Assembly: GCA_963847705.1 (NCBI GenBank)
Contig: CAWKBC010000007.1
Location: forward strand, 1-64,000
Length of the DNA stretch: 64,000 nucleotides
Source of the DNA: an uncultured Pseudomonadota bacterium
GTDB lineage: Bacteria > Myxococcota_A > Polyangia > Fen-1088
Reading direction: 5' to 3'
In this document: piece by piece, positions 1-12,486 of the stretch
Position numbering within the stretch: the stretch's first letter is position 1
Layout of the letters: each line of letters opens with the position of its first letter
The notes under the pieces: generated by a model
Database searches by the model: none
Told to the model about the DNA's origin: nothing
The model's input: only the letters and a program-made list of their open reading frames with translations
Made by a program: the position numbers and the translations under genes

Positions 1-1225
1 GATCGGCCTCCTCCATGTCGGGCGGCGGCGCGGTCGACTCGACCACCACGTCGGGGGTGATCCCCTGCCCCTGGATCGAGCGGCCGTTCGGCGTGTAGTA
101 GCGGGCCACGGTCAGCTTGAGGCCGCAGGGCTTCGACCCGCAGCCGTCGATGTCGATCACCGTCTGCACCGACCCCTTGCCGAAGGTCTGCGTCCCCAGG
201 ATGACCGCCCGCCCGTGATCCTGCAGGGCGCCGGCCACGATCTCGGCCGCCGAGGCGGTCGCGCCGTCGACGAGGACGATCATGGGGAACCCTTCCCAGG
301 TGCCATGGCTGTGCGCGCGGGCCTCGTCCATCACCTGGCCGCCCTTGCCGACCGTCTTGACGATGAGCCCGTCGGAGATGAAGCGATCGGCGACCCGGAT
401 CCCCTGATCGAGCAGGCCACCCGGGTTGCGGCGCAGATCGACGATCATCCCCTTGAACCCCTTTGACTTGGCCGACAGCTGATCGAGCAGATCGCCCAGC
501 GAGGAATCGGTGTTGGTGGAGAAGACCCGGATCTTGAAGTAAGCGACGCCGGGCTCGAGCAGCTTCCCTTCGACCGCCTTCACCTCGTAACGGGCGCGCT
601 TGATCCGAAAGCTGAGCTCGCGCCCGTGGCGATCGATCACCAGCGCCACCTCGCTCCCCGCCGGCCCCTGCATGCGCCCGATGGCGTCGTCGAACTCCAG
701 CGTCGCGATCTCCGCGCCGTCGACGCGCTTGATGACGTCGCCCGGCTCGATCCCCGCCTTGGCCGCCGGCGATCCTTCGATCGGCGACACGATGACGAAC
801 TTGTTCTTGCGCTTCTCGACGTCGATGCCGATGCCGTCGATCTCCTCGTTCCCCTCGGTCTCCTTCTTCAGGCGGCCGTACTCGTCGGGGTCCATGAAGC
901 GCGAGTGCGGATCGAGCACGTCGGTCAGCCCGCGCGCGGCCCCGTACATGAGATCGGTCTCGGCGATGTCCTCGACGTAGTGCCCTTCGATGTAGGAGAG
1001 CACCTTGGTGAACACGCCCAGCTTCTGGTACGGATTGAAGCGCCCCGCCTGCAACGGTCGCGAAAAGACCAGGCCCGCGGAGAAGGCGCAGAGCGCCAGC
1101 AAGGCGACGCCACCGGCGCGACGCAGGCCCGACGGTGCCGACCTCGATCGCGGGCTGGTGGTCGCTCCAGAGTCGAGAGCAGAGACGGCGGGCTCGGCAG
1201 GTTCGGATTGGCGGGTGTTGGGCAT
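1..1225 (-). CDS. ctpA: Carboxyl-terminal processing protease (S41 family, PDZ), 3' end runs off the window
   Basis: Not in the ORF track. Manual minus-strand reading from ATG 1225 gives an N-terminal hydrophobic segment, then ..FTKVLSYIEGHYVE.., LDPHS, PDZ GIGI, DLRRNPGG, TASAAEIVAGALQD, GTQTFGKGSVQ and LKLTVARYYTPNGRSIQGQGITPD. Confidence 0.93.
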   Translation of the reverse strand, partial: MPNTRQSEPAEPAVSALDSGATTSPRSRSAPSGLRRAGGVALLALCAFSAGLVFSRPLQAGRFNPYQKLGVFTKVLSYIEGHYVEDIAETDLMYGAARGLTDVLDPHSRFMDPDEYGRLKKETEGNEEIDGIGIDVEKRKNKFVIVSPIEGSPAAKAGIEPGDVIKRVDGAEIATLEFDDAIGRMQGPAGSEVALVIDRHGRELSFRIKRARYEVKAVEGKLLEPGVAYFKIRVFSTNTDSSLGDLLDQLSAKSKGFKGMIVDLRRNPGGLLDQGIRVADRFISDGLIVKTVGKGGQVMDEARAHSHGTWEGFPMIVLVDGATASAAEIVAGALQDHGRAVILGTQTFGKGSVQTVIDIDGCGSKPCGLKLTVARYYTPNGRSIQGQGITPDVVVESTAPPPDMEEAD

Positions 1226-1488
1226 CGATGATCCTGGGCCAGGTAGTTTACGACCCCGCGGCGATCACGCGACGCAAGAACGCGGGTCGCATCTCACTTA
1301 GAGGAGCGGAGCCACAGCTCGGAGCGCCGCGTTGCAAAATGGAGTGACCATATATGTGATGTACTTGCGTTTCTGGGGGGCCAGGTGGAGAATTCGTCCT
1401 CACGTTTATGGTGGGCAAAAACCTTGGTGTTTTTGGCCGGTCTTCGGAAGTTACCCACAGAAGACACCACAGTTTCTCCACCTAGTAT

Positions 1489-1535
1489 CCACAAGCTGTA
1501 GTGGCTGAGCCCCCCCGCCCCACTATATCTTGCGG
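1489..1535 (+). promoter_or_regulatory. Tandem NrdR boxes upstream of nrdJ
   Basis: CCACAAGCTGTAGTGG (1489-1504) and CCACTATATCTTGCGG (1520-1535) fit the 16-bp NrdR consensus (acaCwAtATaTwGtgt). They are 31 bp apart start-to-start, directly upstream of a ribonucleotide reductase. Confidence 0.85.
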
Positions 1536-1607
1536 TCGTTTCGAAATTCGGATACAACGTTCGCGGGCGCCATTTGGGCGTCCAAGTCTTTCACGGGGAG
1601 GAAGTCC

Positions 1608-4589
<2,982 letters not shown>

Positions 4590-4612
4590 CCCGCTAAGCA
4601 AAAGGCACGACC

Positions 4613-4643
4613 AAAGGGAGGGCCCGCCAGGGTCCTCCCTTTT
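4613..4643 (+). terminator. Intrinsic terminator after nrdJ
   Basis: AAAGGGAGGGCCC-gcca-GGGTCCTCCCTTT hairpin followed by a T-rich tail. Confidence 0.8.
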
Positions 4644-4671
4644 CGTTTGGGCGCGCGTGTACGATGGACCC

Positions 4672-5496
4672 GTGATTGCTCGAACGGTCGGGGTTCTCGC
4701 GCTGGCGGGGCTCGCCCTCGTCGAGGGACGGGGGCTCGCGAACGACTCGGAGGCCCTGCTGGCCGGAGGCGAGATTACCTTCAAGAAGTCCGAGGGGATT
4801 GCGATGGAGACCGAGGATTTCTCGATCAAGCCCGACGACGTTCGGGTCGCTTACAAGTTCCGCAACACGACGCCCGCCGACATCACGACGCTCGTCGCCT
4901 TCCCTTTGGCGCCCTATGAGCTCCCCCCTGAGGACGATGCGGAGAACGACGCGGAGCTCCGTGCGGAACCTCGCTGGCGGGACCTCGGCCACTTCACTCT
5001 TCGCGTCGATGGACGGCCCACGCCGTTCGAGTCGACCGTCAGCTGGTCGACGAAAAAGGCTACCGGGCGCAGGAACGACCAGAAGATCGTCACCGTGACC
5101 TACCATTGGGTGCAGACCTTTCCGGCGGGAAAGGTGGTGTCGGTGGAGCACTCGTTCCACCCGTACGGCGGCTTCATCTATTCGTTCGACTACGGTGGCG
5201 CCGCCGCGCTCGAGCGCCAGCTCGCCCACGACTACTGCGTCGGCCCCGTGCTGCTACGGGGCATGAAGCGCGGCGAAGGGAGCCTTGACCAGGTCCACTA
5301 CGTCCTCAAGACGGGCGCGAACTGGAAGGGACCGATCGGCCGCTTCACGCTCCGGATTCAGAAAAAGCGCGCTGCTGACAAGGTCTCGGTCTGTCTCGAC
5401 GGGTTTCGCAAGGTCGACGACCGCACCTTCGTTCTCGAGAAGACGAACTACGTTCCGACCCAGGATCTACAGATCGCGTTCATCACGCTCCCGTAG
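4672..5496 (+). CDS. Secreted DUF4424-family protein
   Basis: Signal peptide then ANDS..GGE, VAFP, W.QTFPAGK and YVLKTGANWKGPIGRF, all typical of DUF4424. Start moved to GTG 4672 (TACGAT-6nt-GTG). Confidence 0.75.
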   Translation: MIARTVGVLALAGLALVEGRGLANDSEALLAGGEITFKKSEGIAMETEDFSIKPDDVRVAYKFRNTTPADITTLVAFPLAPYELPPEDDAENDAELRAEPRWRDLGHFTLRVDGRPTPFESTVSWSTKKATGRRNDQKIVTVTYHWVQTFPAGKVVSVEHSFHPYGGFIYSFDYGGAAALERQLAHDYCVGPVLLRGMKRGEGSLDQVHYVLKTGANWKGPIGRFTLRIQKKRAADKVSVCLDGFRKVDDRTFVLEKTNYVPTQDLQIAFITLP

Positions 5497-5514
5497 CACG
5501 CTAACCTCGAACCC

Positions 5515-6021
5515 ATGTTCACCGGGTCCTACGCGCTGTTGATGGCCGAGTACAACCGCTGGATGAACGAGAAGATCTACGCCGCCTGCGAGACGCTCAC
5601 CGACGAGGAGCGGAAGCGCGATCGAGGCGCCTTCTTCAAGTCGATCCACGCGACGCTCAATCACCTCCTCAGCGTCGACGGGGTGTGGCTGGCCCGCTTC
5701 AACGGAAAGAGCTATCCCGCGGCCCAGCTCGGGCAGAGCCTCCACGACGAGTTTGCCCCGCTGCGCGCGGCGCGCGGCGCGATGGACGAGGAGATCCTCG
5801 TCTGGGCGCGGGCCATCACGCCGGAGAGTCTCGCCGAGCCAATGACCTGGACGGCCAAGGTCTACAACTTCACCCAGACTCATCCGCGCTGGGTGCAGGT
5901 GGCGCAGATGTTCAACCACCAGACCCACCACCGTGGCCAGGTCCACGCCATGCTGACCGCCGCCGGCGTCGACGTCGGCCCCACCGATCTTCCGGTGCTT
6001 CCGGTCCTCAGCGAGGGGTAA
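5515..6021 (+). CDS. DinB-family protein
   Basis: YNRWMN, FFKSIHATLNHLL..D..W and FNHQTHHRGQ..DL motifs. Confidence 0.9.
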   Translation: MFTGSYALLMAEYNRWMNEKIYAACETLTDEERKRDRGAFFKSIHATLNHLLSVDGVWLARFNGKSYPAAQLGQSLHDEFAPLRAARGAMDEEILVWARAITPESLAEPMTWTAKVYNFTQTHPRWVQVAQMFNHQTHHRGQVHAMLTAAGVDVGPTDLPVLPVLSEG

Positions 6022-6030
6022 TCTGGGCGC

Positions 6031-6366
6031 ATGCCCGGCCGGTACATCGACGTCGTCGTGGAGGAGCAGGAGGGGATCCCCGACGGGTGCGAGCTGCGCT
6101 TTCACGCCGTCGGCGAGTCGCGGCCGGTGAAGCGCGTCCTCTATGAGCCCATGACCGGGCCTGAAGGGGAGTACGAGGTGACGGCGGCGGGCGGGCAGCC
6201 GGCGCTGGCGGCGCCGGTCGACGACTCGAGCGCAGGGACGTCGATCCTGATCTACGGCGACGCGAACGGGATCAGGTTGCGCGCGGTCGGCGGCGATGAC
6301 GGCGAACCGGGCGAACCGATTGTCGAGCCCTATCTGCTGCTGGCCCCCGACGCCATCGTCGCCTAG
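6031..6366 (+). CDS. Hypothetical acidic protein
   Basis: Good high-GC codon usage. TAATCT-6nt-ATG upstream. No recognised motif. Confidence 0.6.
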   Translation: MPGRYIDVVVEEQEGIPDGCELRFHAVGESRPVKRVLYEPMTGPEGEYEVTAAGGQPALAAPVDDSSAGTSILIYGDANGIRLRAVGGDDGEPGEPIVEPYLLLAPDAIVA

Positions 6367-6414
6367 TCGGCCTGGCCCTCGTCGCCAGCGCCAGCGGAAG
6401 GCGGGTCCATCGCG

Positions 6415-6804
6415 TCAGCGGTCGTGAAAGTGGACCTCGAGCTGGGCGCGCACCGCCTCGGCCAGGGTCTGCGCGCTCAGGAAGCCGAGCTCGAGGAGCA
6501 CCTCGCCGATCCGCTTGCCGCGATCGCGCTCCTGCTGGGCCAGCGCGCGTGCGACGTCGGCCTGCCGTACCAGGCCCTCACCGACCAGGAACTCGCCGAT
6601 GCGCAGGCGTCCGCCACCGGCGATGTCCATCTGCTCCAGAGCGGCGCGCTCGAGGAGCGGGCGCGGGATCGCGCCCTGCGCCACCAGGATGTCGCCGAGG
6701 CGTGTCTGGCGCAGCCTGCTTTGGTGCTCGAGGGCCAGTCCCAACTGGCCCTCGGTGACGTAGCCTTCCGCGACGACGAACGCCCCGAACAAGCGTCTCT
6801 GCAT
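6415..6804 (-). CDS. Stand-alone tandem MshEN (c-di-GMP-binding type) motif protein
   Basis: Four RLG-like repeats: RLFGAFVVAEGYV, RLGDILVAQGAI, RIGEFLVGEGLV and RIGEVLLELGFL, each followed by L..AL..Q. Start taken at ATG 6804. Confidence 0.8.
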   Translation of the reverse strand: MQRRLFGAFVVAEGYVTEGQLGLALEHQSRLRQTRLGDILVAQGAIPRPLLERAALEQMDIAGGGRLRIGEFLVGEGLVRQADVARALAQQERDRGKRIGEVLLELGFLSAQTLAEAVRAQLEVHFHDR

Positions 6805-7036
6805 GGAGTGGTGACTACCTTTCGCGACTTGGGCGACCGGGAGCGGTCTCTCTCGTTCGCCCGCCGTCGGTGAGAGCAATCTTCGACGGTCGAGGTGGCG
6901 CCCTTGAGGGGTCTCAATCGCGTCACAAGTCCGCCGCCTTCCCAGGGGCGGGCACGAGGCGATCTTCCGCGCGGCGCGCCCCGACTTCGTGCGGACGACG
7001 CTCGCGTTTCTCGGCGGGTGACGGTAGCCTTGGAGA

Positions 7037-7561
7037 ATGTTCACGTTCGTTACGGGTGGACTGCGATCGGGTAAATCGGAATACGCGCTCCGGCGCGCCT
7101 CGGAGCACGGACCGCCCCCCTGGCTCTACGTCGCCGCGCACATCGATGGCGACGACGAGCTGAAGGCGCGGCTGGCCAACCATCGCCGCGACCACGACAC
7201 CACCTGGAAGCTGATCGAGGCGCCCGAGAAGCTGATCACCGCGCTCGATCCGGCGATGCTGGCCGACTGCGGCGCTGCAGTCATCGACCGCTTCACCGTG
7301 TGGCTCTCCAGGCGGCTGGCGGCCACGGAAAAGAGCGGCGATGCCGACCTGCTGGGCGAGGTCGAGGCGCTGGCCGATCGGCTCTATCGTTCGCCGACGC
7401 CCGCGGTGGTGGTGACGACGGAGATCGGTCTCGGGTTTCTGCCGGCCAACGTCCCCGATCGCCGCCTCATCAACATCGCCGGGAAGGCCAACCAGATCCT
7501 GTCGGAGCGGGCCGAATCGGTGGTTCTGACGGTGAGCGGCGTGCCGCTGCGCCTGCGCTGA
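7037..7561 (+). CDS. cobU: Bifunctional adenosylcobinamide kinase/cobinamide-phosphate guanylyltransferase
   Basis: VTGGLRSGKSEYA P-loop, R..H...W, VTTEIGLG and G.ANQ..VSGVPL. Somewhat divergent. Confidence 0.85.
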   Translation: MFTFVTGGLRSGKSEYALRRASEHGPPPWLYVAAHIDGDDELKARLANHRRDHDTTWKLIEAPEKLITALDPAMLADCGAAVIDRFTVWLSRRLAATEKSGDADLLGEVEALADRLYRSPTPAVVVTTEIGLGFLPANVPDRRLINIAGKANQILSERAESVVLTVSGVPLRLR

Positions 7562-7701
7562 GCCGGCTTGCGGCCCGCTTTTCGGAGCGGTTTTCCCGGG
7601 CCGACGGGTGAAATCCGGGCGGCGCATTTTTAATGAAATCGGCGTATGCTGTCGGGCTCCAACGGGAATTGGATCGCCAACTTCAGCGACAGGATCTCTC
7701 C

Positions 7702-8640
7702 ATGAAGCGCTCAGACCACCGTTCGGGACCCTCGCGAGCAACCGTTTTCGCCCTCCTGGCGGCGAGCTTGGCCCTGCTGACCGCCTCTCCGGCGTCGGCC
7801 AAGAAAAAGAAGACCGCGCCTCCAGCCGACTCGAGCGAGAGCACGGCCGCCGGGGCCGACAACGAGACCCCGAAGACCGGCGACGATGCGAAGCCGGCGG
7901 CGCAGGCGAACGACACCGAGAAGCCGCACACCATCCTCGACACCAGCCAGGAGGCGCCCAAGACCGACAGCCTCGGTCACGTGCACTTCGCCTCGCCCAA
8001 CGGCGAAGGGCTGGGCCGGGTGGTGATCACCGCCCCCGCGACGGACAAGGTGAAGGTTTTCCTCGAGGGCCGGCTGTTCGGCACCGCACCGATCACGATC
8101 TACAGCGTTCCCAAGGGGGACTACATCGTCGAGGCGCAGTACCCGAATGGCAAGGAGGTCAGCAAGCCGGTCACCGTCTCCGAGAACGAGGAGACGGCCG
8201 TCGACCTCGGTGGCGCCAAGACCGCCAAGACCAACGGCGGTGGCGACAACGGAAGCGTGTTCAGCTCGGGCGAGATGACGTCTGGCCGCAAGAACCTGAT
8301 GTACGGCTTTCTGGCCGGCGCCGTGGTCGGGATTGCCGTGGGTACGACCTTCGGGATCCTCGATATCCAGGCGGAGAACGACTACAAGAACACGCCCGCC
8401 GGCAGCCAGTCCGAGCTCGACTCCATCCAGCAGCGCGGCCAGCGCGACGCCAAGATCGCGGACGTGGGCTGGGTGTTGACGGCCGTCGGCCTGGTCGGCG
8501 CAGGTATCTGCGCGCTGCCGCTGATCCTCGGCGGCAGCGAGAAGGCTCCTGCCGCCCCCTCGGGGACGCCGCAGGCCTTCATGCTGATGCCCGTCGCCAG
8601 CCCGGCCATGACCGGCGGCGCCTTCTCGATGCGGTTCTAG
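7702..8640 (+). CDS. Secreted PEGA-domain protein
   Basis: Signal peptide, then KVFLEGRLFGTAPITIYSVPKGDY (PEGA), C-terminal hydrophobic helices and terminal ..FSMRF typical of myxobacterial PEGA proteins. Confidence 0.75.
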   Translation: MKRSDHRSGPSRATVFALLAASLALLTASPASAKKKKTAPPADSSESTAAGADNETPKTGDDAKPAAQANDTEKPHTILDTSQEAPKTDSLGHVHFASPNGEGLGRVVITAPATDKVKVFLEGRLFGTAPITIYSVPKGDYIVEAQYPNGKEVSKPVTVSENEETAVDLGGAKTAKTNGGGDNGSVFSSGEMTSGRKNLMYGFLAGAVVGIAVGTTFGILDIQAENDYKNTPAGSQSELDSIQQRGQRDAKIADVGWVLTAVGLVGAGICALPLILGGSEKAPAAPSGTPQAFMLMPVASPAMTGGAFSMRF

Positions 8641-8671
8641 GCTCGATCAAGGCCGAGCGCAGCGCCCGCGG

Positions 8672-9343
8672 CTACTTGCCGAGCTTGGCGGTGTCGATCA
8701 CGCGGACGCCGGGCGGCGGCGCGAAGTGAAACGCGGACTCGGGGAGACGGCTGTTCGTCTTGATGTCGGCGAACGTCAGATCGTTGAGGTTCCCCTGCCC
8801 GTCGGTGATGACGCTCTCGCGGACGTCGAAGGTCTTCGGATCGACGACGAAGAGGATGCTCTTGACCTGCGGCTCCGCCAGCTTGGGTGACAGCGACAGC
8901 AGGTAGTCGCCCGGCGTCCCGTAGGCGCTCTTCGCCACCGCGGTGATGTCGAACTCCGCGGCCAGCTTCCCCTTGCCGGTGAGAAAGGCCAGCGCCGCCG
9001 GGAGCTGCGACGCCTTCAGCTCCTGTTTGAAGGCCTGTTGGTCCTCGGGCTCGTAGAGCCAGAGGACGCCGCCGTCGCTCACGTAGGTCGCCTTCTCGGG
9101 CTTGTCGTAGTCCCAGCGCATCCGCCCCGGTTTCTTGAACATCACGCCGCCGGCGGAGCTGGTCTTGCGGCCCATCGCGGTGCTGGTCAGCGTCTGCGTG
9201 AAGCGAGCGCGGAAGTCGCCCGCGGCGTCGTAACGCTTCTGCACGCGCTCGACGACCGCATCGACGGCCAGACGAGGCGACGCCGGCGCCGCGGATGCGG
9301 GCGTCGCAGCAAAAAGGGCGCACGCCAGGGCGGGGGTCAGCAT
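8672..9343 (-). CDS. lolA: Outer-membrane lipoprotein carrier protein
   Basis: ARFTQ, KKPGRMRWDY, VSDG..LWLY and F.FAPPPGVRVID. Lies downstream of ftsK, the conserved synteny. Confidence 0.93.
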   Translation of the reverse strand: MLTPALACALFAATPASAAPASPRLAVDAVVERVQKRYDAAGDFRARFTQTLTSTAMGRKTSSAGGVMFKKPGRMRWDYDKPEKATYVSDGGVLWLYEPEDQQAFKQELKASQLPAALAFLTGKGKLAAEFDITAVAKSAYGTPGDYLLSLSPKLAEPQVKSILFVVDPKTFDVRESVITDGQGNLNDLTFADIKTNSRLPESAFHFAPPPGVRVIDTAKLGK

Positions 9344-9485
9344 CGAACGATCCTAGCCGAGCGCAGGACCTGGCGCGAGCGCCGGCCCCGCTCCGACTTG
9401 CCTGGCAACCACTGACTCGGTCTGGCCACTCGAGCTGTCGCGAATCAACGCGGGCGGTTTCAGCTGCCGAGCGCGCTGGCCCGCG

Positions 9486-12266
9486 CTATCCCCCGGCGGC
9501 CAGGTACTCGCCCTGCGGCGCCAGCACGTCGCGCGGTTTGGCCCCGTTGGTCGGACCGACGATGCCGTCGCGCTCCATCTGCTCGACCATGCGCGCCGAG
9601 CGGTTGTAGCCGATCTGCAGCCGCCGCTGGATGTACGAGACCGAGGCCTGGCGCGTGTCGCAGACGATGGCCACCGCCTGATCGTAGAGATCGTCGTGGA
9701 AGCTGTCGGCGGGACCGCCGCCCTCCTCGGCGTCCTCCTCGCGCGGCTTGAGGATGTCCATGTCGTAGACCGGCTTGGCCTGCTTCTTGAGGAAGTCGAC
9801 CACCCGATGGACCTCGTCGTCCGAGAGAAACGCGCCGTGAATCCGGCGCAGCTTGGTCCCGCGGTCGGAGAACAGCATGTCGCCGTTGCCGAGCAACGTC
9901 TCGGCGCCCGACTGGTCGAGGATGGTGCGCGAGTCGATCTTCGACGCCACCTGCAGCGCGACCCGGCTGGGGAAGTTGGCCTTGATGAGGCCGGTGATCA
10001 CGTCGACCGAGGGCCGCTGGGTGGCGAGGATGAGGTGCAGCCCCGCCGCGCGCGCCTTCTGGGCCAGCCGCGCCACGCTGGTCTCCACGTCCTTGGGCGC
10101 GACCATCATGAGGTCGGCGAACTCGTCGATGACGATCACGATGTAGGGGAGCTTGGTCGGCCTCGGCGCCGCCGACTTGTCGCTGGCGGCCTGCGCGGCG
10201 GCCGCCACGTCCGAGAGATCCTCGTCGGTCGGCGTCTCGTACTCCACGATCCCGGCGCCGCCGTCGCCGTCCGCCGCCTCGGCGACGGTGATCTCCGCAT
10301 CGGCGTCCAGATCGACCTCCTGCTCGCTCCCGTCCGGACCCGCCAGGACCACGCGGATCTTCTTCTCCTTGCGCGCAGGCGCCTCCGGCACCGCCGCCTT
10401 GCTGTCGGCGACGTCGATCTTGGCGTTGTAGCTGGCGACGTCGCGGACGCCGGTCTTGGCCAGCAGCTCGTAGCGCCGCTCCATCTCGTCGACCGCCCAG
10501 CGCAGGGCCAGGTTCGCCTTCTTCGGATCGGTCACCACCGGCAGGAGGAGGTGCGGGATCCCTTCGTAGATCGAGAGCTCCAGCATCTTGGGGTCGACCA
10601 TGATGAAGCGGACCTCTTCGGGGGACGCGTTGTAGAGGATGCTGGTGATCATCCCGTTGACCGCCACCGACTTGCCCGACCCGGTCGTTCCGGCGACCAG
10701 CAGGTGCGGCATCTTGGAGAGGTTCACGGTGACCGGCGCCCCCTTGATGTCCTTGCCGAGCGCCACCTGCAGCTTCGACGCCGCGCCGGTGAAGGTGGTG
10801 TCCTGCAAGATCTCCTTGAGGTAGACGATCTCGCGCGTCAGGTTCGGCACCTCGACGCCCACCACCGCCTTGCCGGGGATGGGCGCCACGATGCGGACCG
10901 CCTGCGCCTCCAGCGCCATCGCCAGGTCCTTCTCCAGGTTGGCGATCTTGCCGGTGCGCGTGCCGGGGGCCGGCGCGAACTCGTACATGGTGACGACCGG
11001 TCCCATGTGGATCTCTTTGACCTTGCCGCGCACGCCGTAGTTGGACATCGCCTGCTCGAGCCGCTCGGCCATGTCGTAGAGCTGCTGCTTGTCCATCTCG
11101 TGCGCCGGCGGCGGGATGTACTCGAGCAGATCGGTGGTCGGCAGCTGGAACGCGCCCTCGGAGAGCCGGATGAACCCCATCTTCTCTCCGGCTTTTTCTT
11201 CGGGCGTCTTCTCCACCGCCTCCTCCTCCGCCGCGGCCTCGGCCGCCTCGCTCAGGCGCATCCGGGCCAGCGACGCCGACTCGACGATGATCGGCGCGTC
11301 GGGGGGAATGACGGGCGCCGCGGCTGCGGCCACCGCGGGCTCGTCCTCCACCTCGGCTTCATCGACAGCGAACCGTTCGACCGCCGCGACCTCGGCGACG
11401 ATGGCGGCCATCGCCGCGCGCTCCTCGGCGACGTCGTCGGCGACGGTGCGGGGCGCGCCGACGCGGATCGCCTCGCTCTCCTGAGACTCGATCCGCGCGG
11501 GCGCGGCGGCCAGCTCGGGCTCGGGCTCGGGCTCCGGCTCCGGCTCGTCCTCGTTCGCGCCGGCACGCACCGGTTCGACGATGGCGATCTCCTCGTGATC
11601 GTCCTGGGCTTCGGGCTCGACCTCACGGCCGCGGTGGCGCTCGCCGGCGTCATCCTTCTCCGGGAAGGCCGCGCGCGCGGTCCGCCAGGCGGCGAGAGCG
11701 CCGGCCACCAGCCCCCGGCGGGCCTGCCGCGCCGCCCAGGAGACGACCACCATCGCCTCCTGCAGGCTGATCTCGGTCACCAGCAGGACGCCGACGACCA
11801 GCATCGTGGTCGCGGCCAGCGCCGCGCCGACGGCGCCGATGAAGCTGGCCCCCACCTCGCCCAGCCACTGCCCGAAGAGCCCGCCCGGGCCGTGCTGGGC
11901 GACGTCGCTCCCGGCAAACGGGAGATGCAGCAGCACGGCGATCGCGCAGAGGAGCAGCAGCGAGCCGGCCCCCTCGCGCAGACCGTCGACGAGCGGACGG
12001 GCGCGGAAGCAGCGGACCGCGGCGACCGAAGCCGCGGCGATCACCAGATAGGCGCAGAGGCCAAACAGCGAGTAGAGCCCCGAGGCGACGGCGCCGCCGC
12101 CGGGACCCATCAGCGGATCGCCGCCGACCTGCATCGACACCAGCGACATCGCGGCGAAGAGACCGGCGGCGAGCAGCAGGATGCCGGCGATCTCGCGCCG
12201 GCGATTTTGGCGGTTCCCCTTGGGGGTGGATTCGGAGGGGGCGGTCGTCTTTGTGCTGGCGGCCAT
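9486..12266 (-). CDS. ftsK: DNA translocase FtsK (4TM N-terminus, motor, gamma domain)
   Basis: GPVVTMYE, MPHLLVAGTTGSGKSV, IDEFADLMM, ARAAGLHLILATQRPSVDVITGLIKANFP and gamma-domain QRRLQIGYNRSAR. Confidence 0.97.
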   Translation of the reverse strand: MAASTKTTAPSESTPKGNRQNRRREIAGILLLAAGLFAAMSLVSMQVGGDPLMGPGGGAVASGLYSLFGLCAYLVIAAASVAAVRCFRARPLVDGLREGAGSLLLLCAIAVLLHLPFAGSDVAQHGPGGLFGQWLGEVGASFIGAVGAALAATTMLVVGVLLVTEISLQEAMVVVSWAARQARRGLVAGALAAWRTARAAFPEKDDAGERHRGREVEPEAQDDHEEIAIVEPVRAGANEDEPEPEPEPEPELAAAPARIESQESEAIRVGAPRTVADDVAEERAAMAAIVAEVAAVERFAVDEAEVEDEPAVAAAAAPVIPPDAPIIVESASLARMRLSEAAEAAAEEEAVEKTPEEKAGEKMGFIRLSEGAFQLPTTDLLEYIPPPAHEMDKQQLYDMAERLEQAMSNYGVRGKVKEIHMGPVVTMYEFAPAPGTRTGKIANLEKDLAMALEAQAVRIVAPIPGKAVVGVEVPNLTREIVYLKEILQDTTFTGAASKLQVALGKDIKGAPVTVNLSKMPHLLVAGTTGSGKSVAVNGMITSILYNASPEEVRFIMVDPKMLELSIYEGIPHLLLPVVTDPKKANLALRWAVDEMERRYELLAKTGVRDVASYNAKIDVADSKAAVPEAPARKEKKIRVVLAGPDGSEQEVDLDADAEITVAEAADGDGGAGIVEYETPTDEDLSDVAAAAQAASDKSAAPRPTKLPYIVIVIDEFADLMMVAPKDVETSVARLAQKARAAGLHLILATQRPSVDVITGLIKANFPSRVALQVASKIDSRTILDQSGAETLLGNGDMLFSDRGTKLRRIHGAFLSDDEVHRVVDFLKKQAKPVYDMDILKPREEDAEEGGGPADSFHDDLYDQAVAIVCDTRQASVSYIQRRLQIGYNRSARMVEQMERDGIVGPTNGAKPRDVLAPQGEYLAAGG

Positions 12267-12486
12267 CGGTGGGGGTCCTCGTAGTCAGAGGTGGGCTAAC
12301 ACCTACATGAGACTACCCGGACCGACAGTTCGTCAAATTTCCACGTTTTCGGTTTACGGTCATTCAACGCCCAAGCTCCGAAATTCGGCCCGGATGTAAC
12401 GCGTAAACGCCTGGAATCGTTGCAGTGTTTCGGAGCTCTGGCCTGACCGCGCGTCGCTGTCGCGGGAATGGAGTATCCGCTGCTCC

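Noticed and set aside
6805-7036. Possible cobalamin or c-di-GMP riboswitch between the MshEN gene and cobU
   Set aside because: No B12-box or GEMM consensus was recognisable on either strand, and cobU looks leaderless.
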